Assembly: GCF_006345805.1 (NCBI RefSeq)
Contig: NW_021829385.1
Coordinates: 1-6,367, forward strand
Source: Octopus sinensis
Lineage: Eukaryota
Reading direction: 5' to 3'
Length of the DNA stretch: 6,367 nucleotides
Shown here piece after piece: positions 6,141-6,367 of this stretch. Position numbers and translations under genes: made by a program. Each line of letters starts with the position of its first letter. Within the stretch, counting starts at the first letter, position 1. The notes under the pieces were generated by a model. That model did no database searches and was not told the DNA's origin. It saw only the letters and a program-made list of their open reading frames with translations.

Positions 6141-6367
6141 GCGGCCATGCCGGGGTACCGCGTTGCAGATCTCCTTTGGTCCTTTTAGTTGAATGAATCA
6201 ACCCCAGCCCTTATTTATTTATCTTTATTAAGCCTCGTACTTAAGAGAGAATAAAGAGTTCGAAATGCGTATATATATAAGTCCATGTAGTGGACAAACA
6301 CACACATACATATGTAACACGGGCTTCTTTCAGTTTCCGTCTACCAAAGCCACTCACAAGGCTATAG
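6141..6367 (-). mobile_element. Degraded SINE family A copy with internal deletions, running off the window
   Basis: GCGGCCATGC, CCCCAG..CTTATT, GTACTTA and GTTTCCGTCTACCAAA.CCACTCACAAGGC match 4488-4717. CACAAGGCTATAG lacks the ~16 bp that lie between the two GGC(T) motifs at 4714-4736. Confidence 0.8.

Noticed and set aside
5852-6148. The 98-aa ORF as an intact gene
   Set aside because: Only the part from 6016 downward is transposase-like. The N-terminal 44 codons are unrelated flank and the stop is a premature nonsense codon.
179-6367. Orientation bias of SINEs (8 minus loci versus 2 plus) as evidence of a host transcription unit
   Set aside because: The sample is small, and clustered or dimeric copies are not independent insertions.

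Overview
AT-rich eukaryotic DNA, very dense in microsatellites and transposable elements. It is most likely intronic or intergenic sequence from a coleoid cephalopod (Octopus-like); this is inferred from my recognition of the SINE families, not from a search. I can support no intact protein-coding gene. Most ORFs in the supplied track are translations of simple repeats or SINEs. The window contains: (i) about 11 copies or fragments of two tRNA-derived SINE families (called A and B here), in both orientations, including two head-to-tail dimers; (ii) a ~385-bp non-autonomous Helitron-like element; (iii) the 3' end of a dead mariner, with a transposase C-terminus carrying YSPDLAPSD, one nonsense codon, and a TIR; (iv) a solo Hsmar1-like mariner TIR into which a SINE dimer inserted with a 14-bp TSD; (v) many micro- and minisatellites. 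The best-supported oddities are TE insertion and rearrangement signatures and close inverted SINE pairs that could form dsRNA. The most intriguing but speculative lead is a minus-strand signal-peptide-like exon that is splice-phase compatible with a stop-free, highly basic ORF lying inside an ancient SINE copy.
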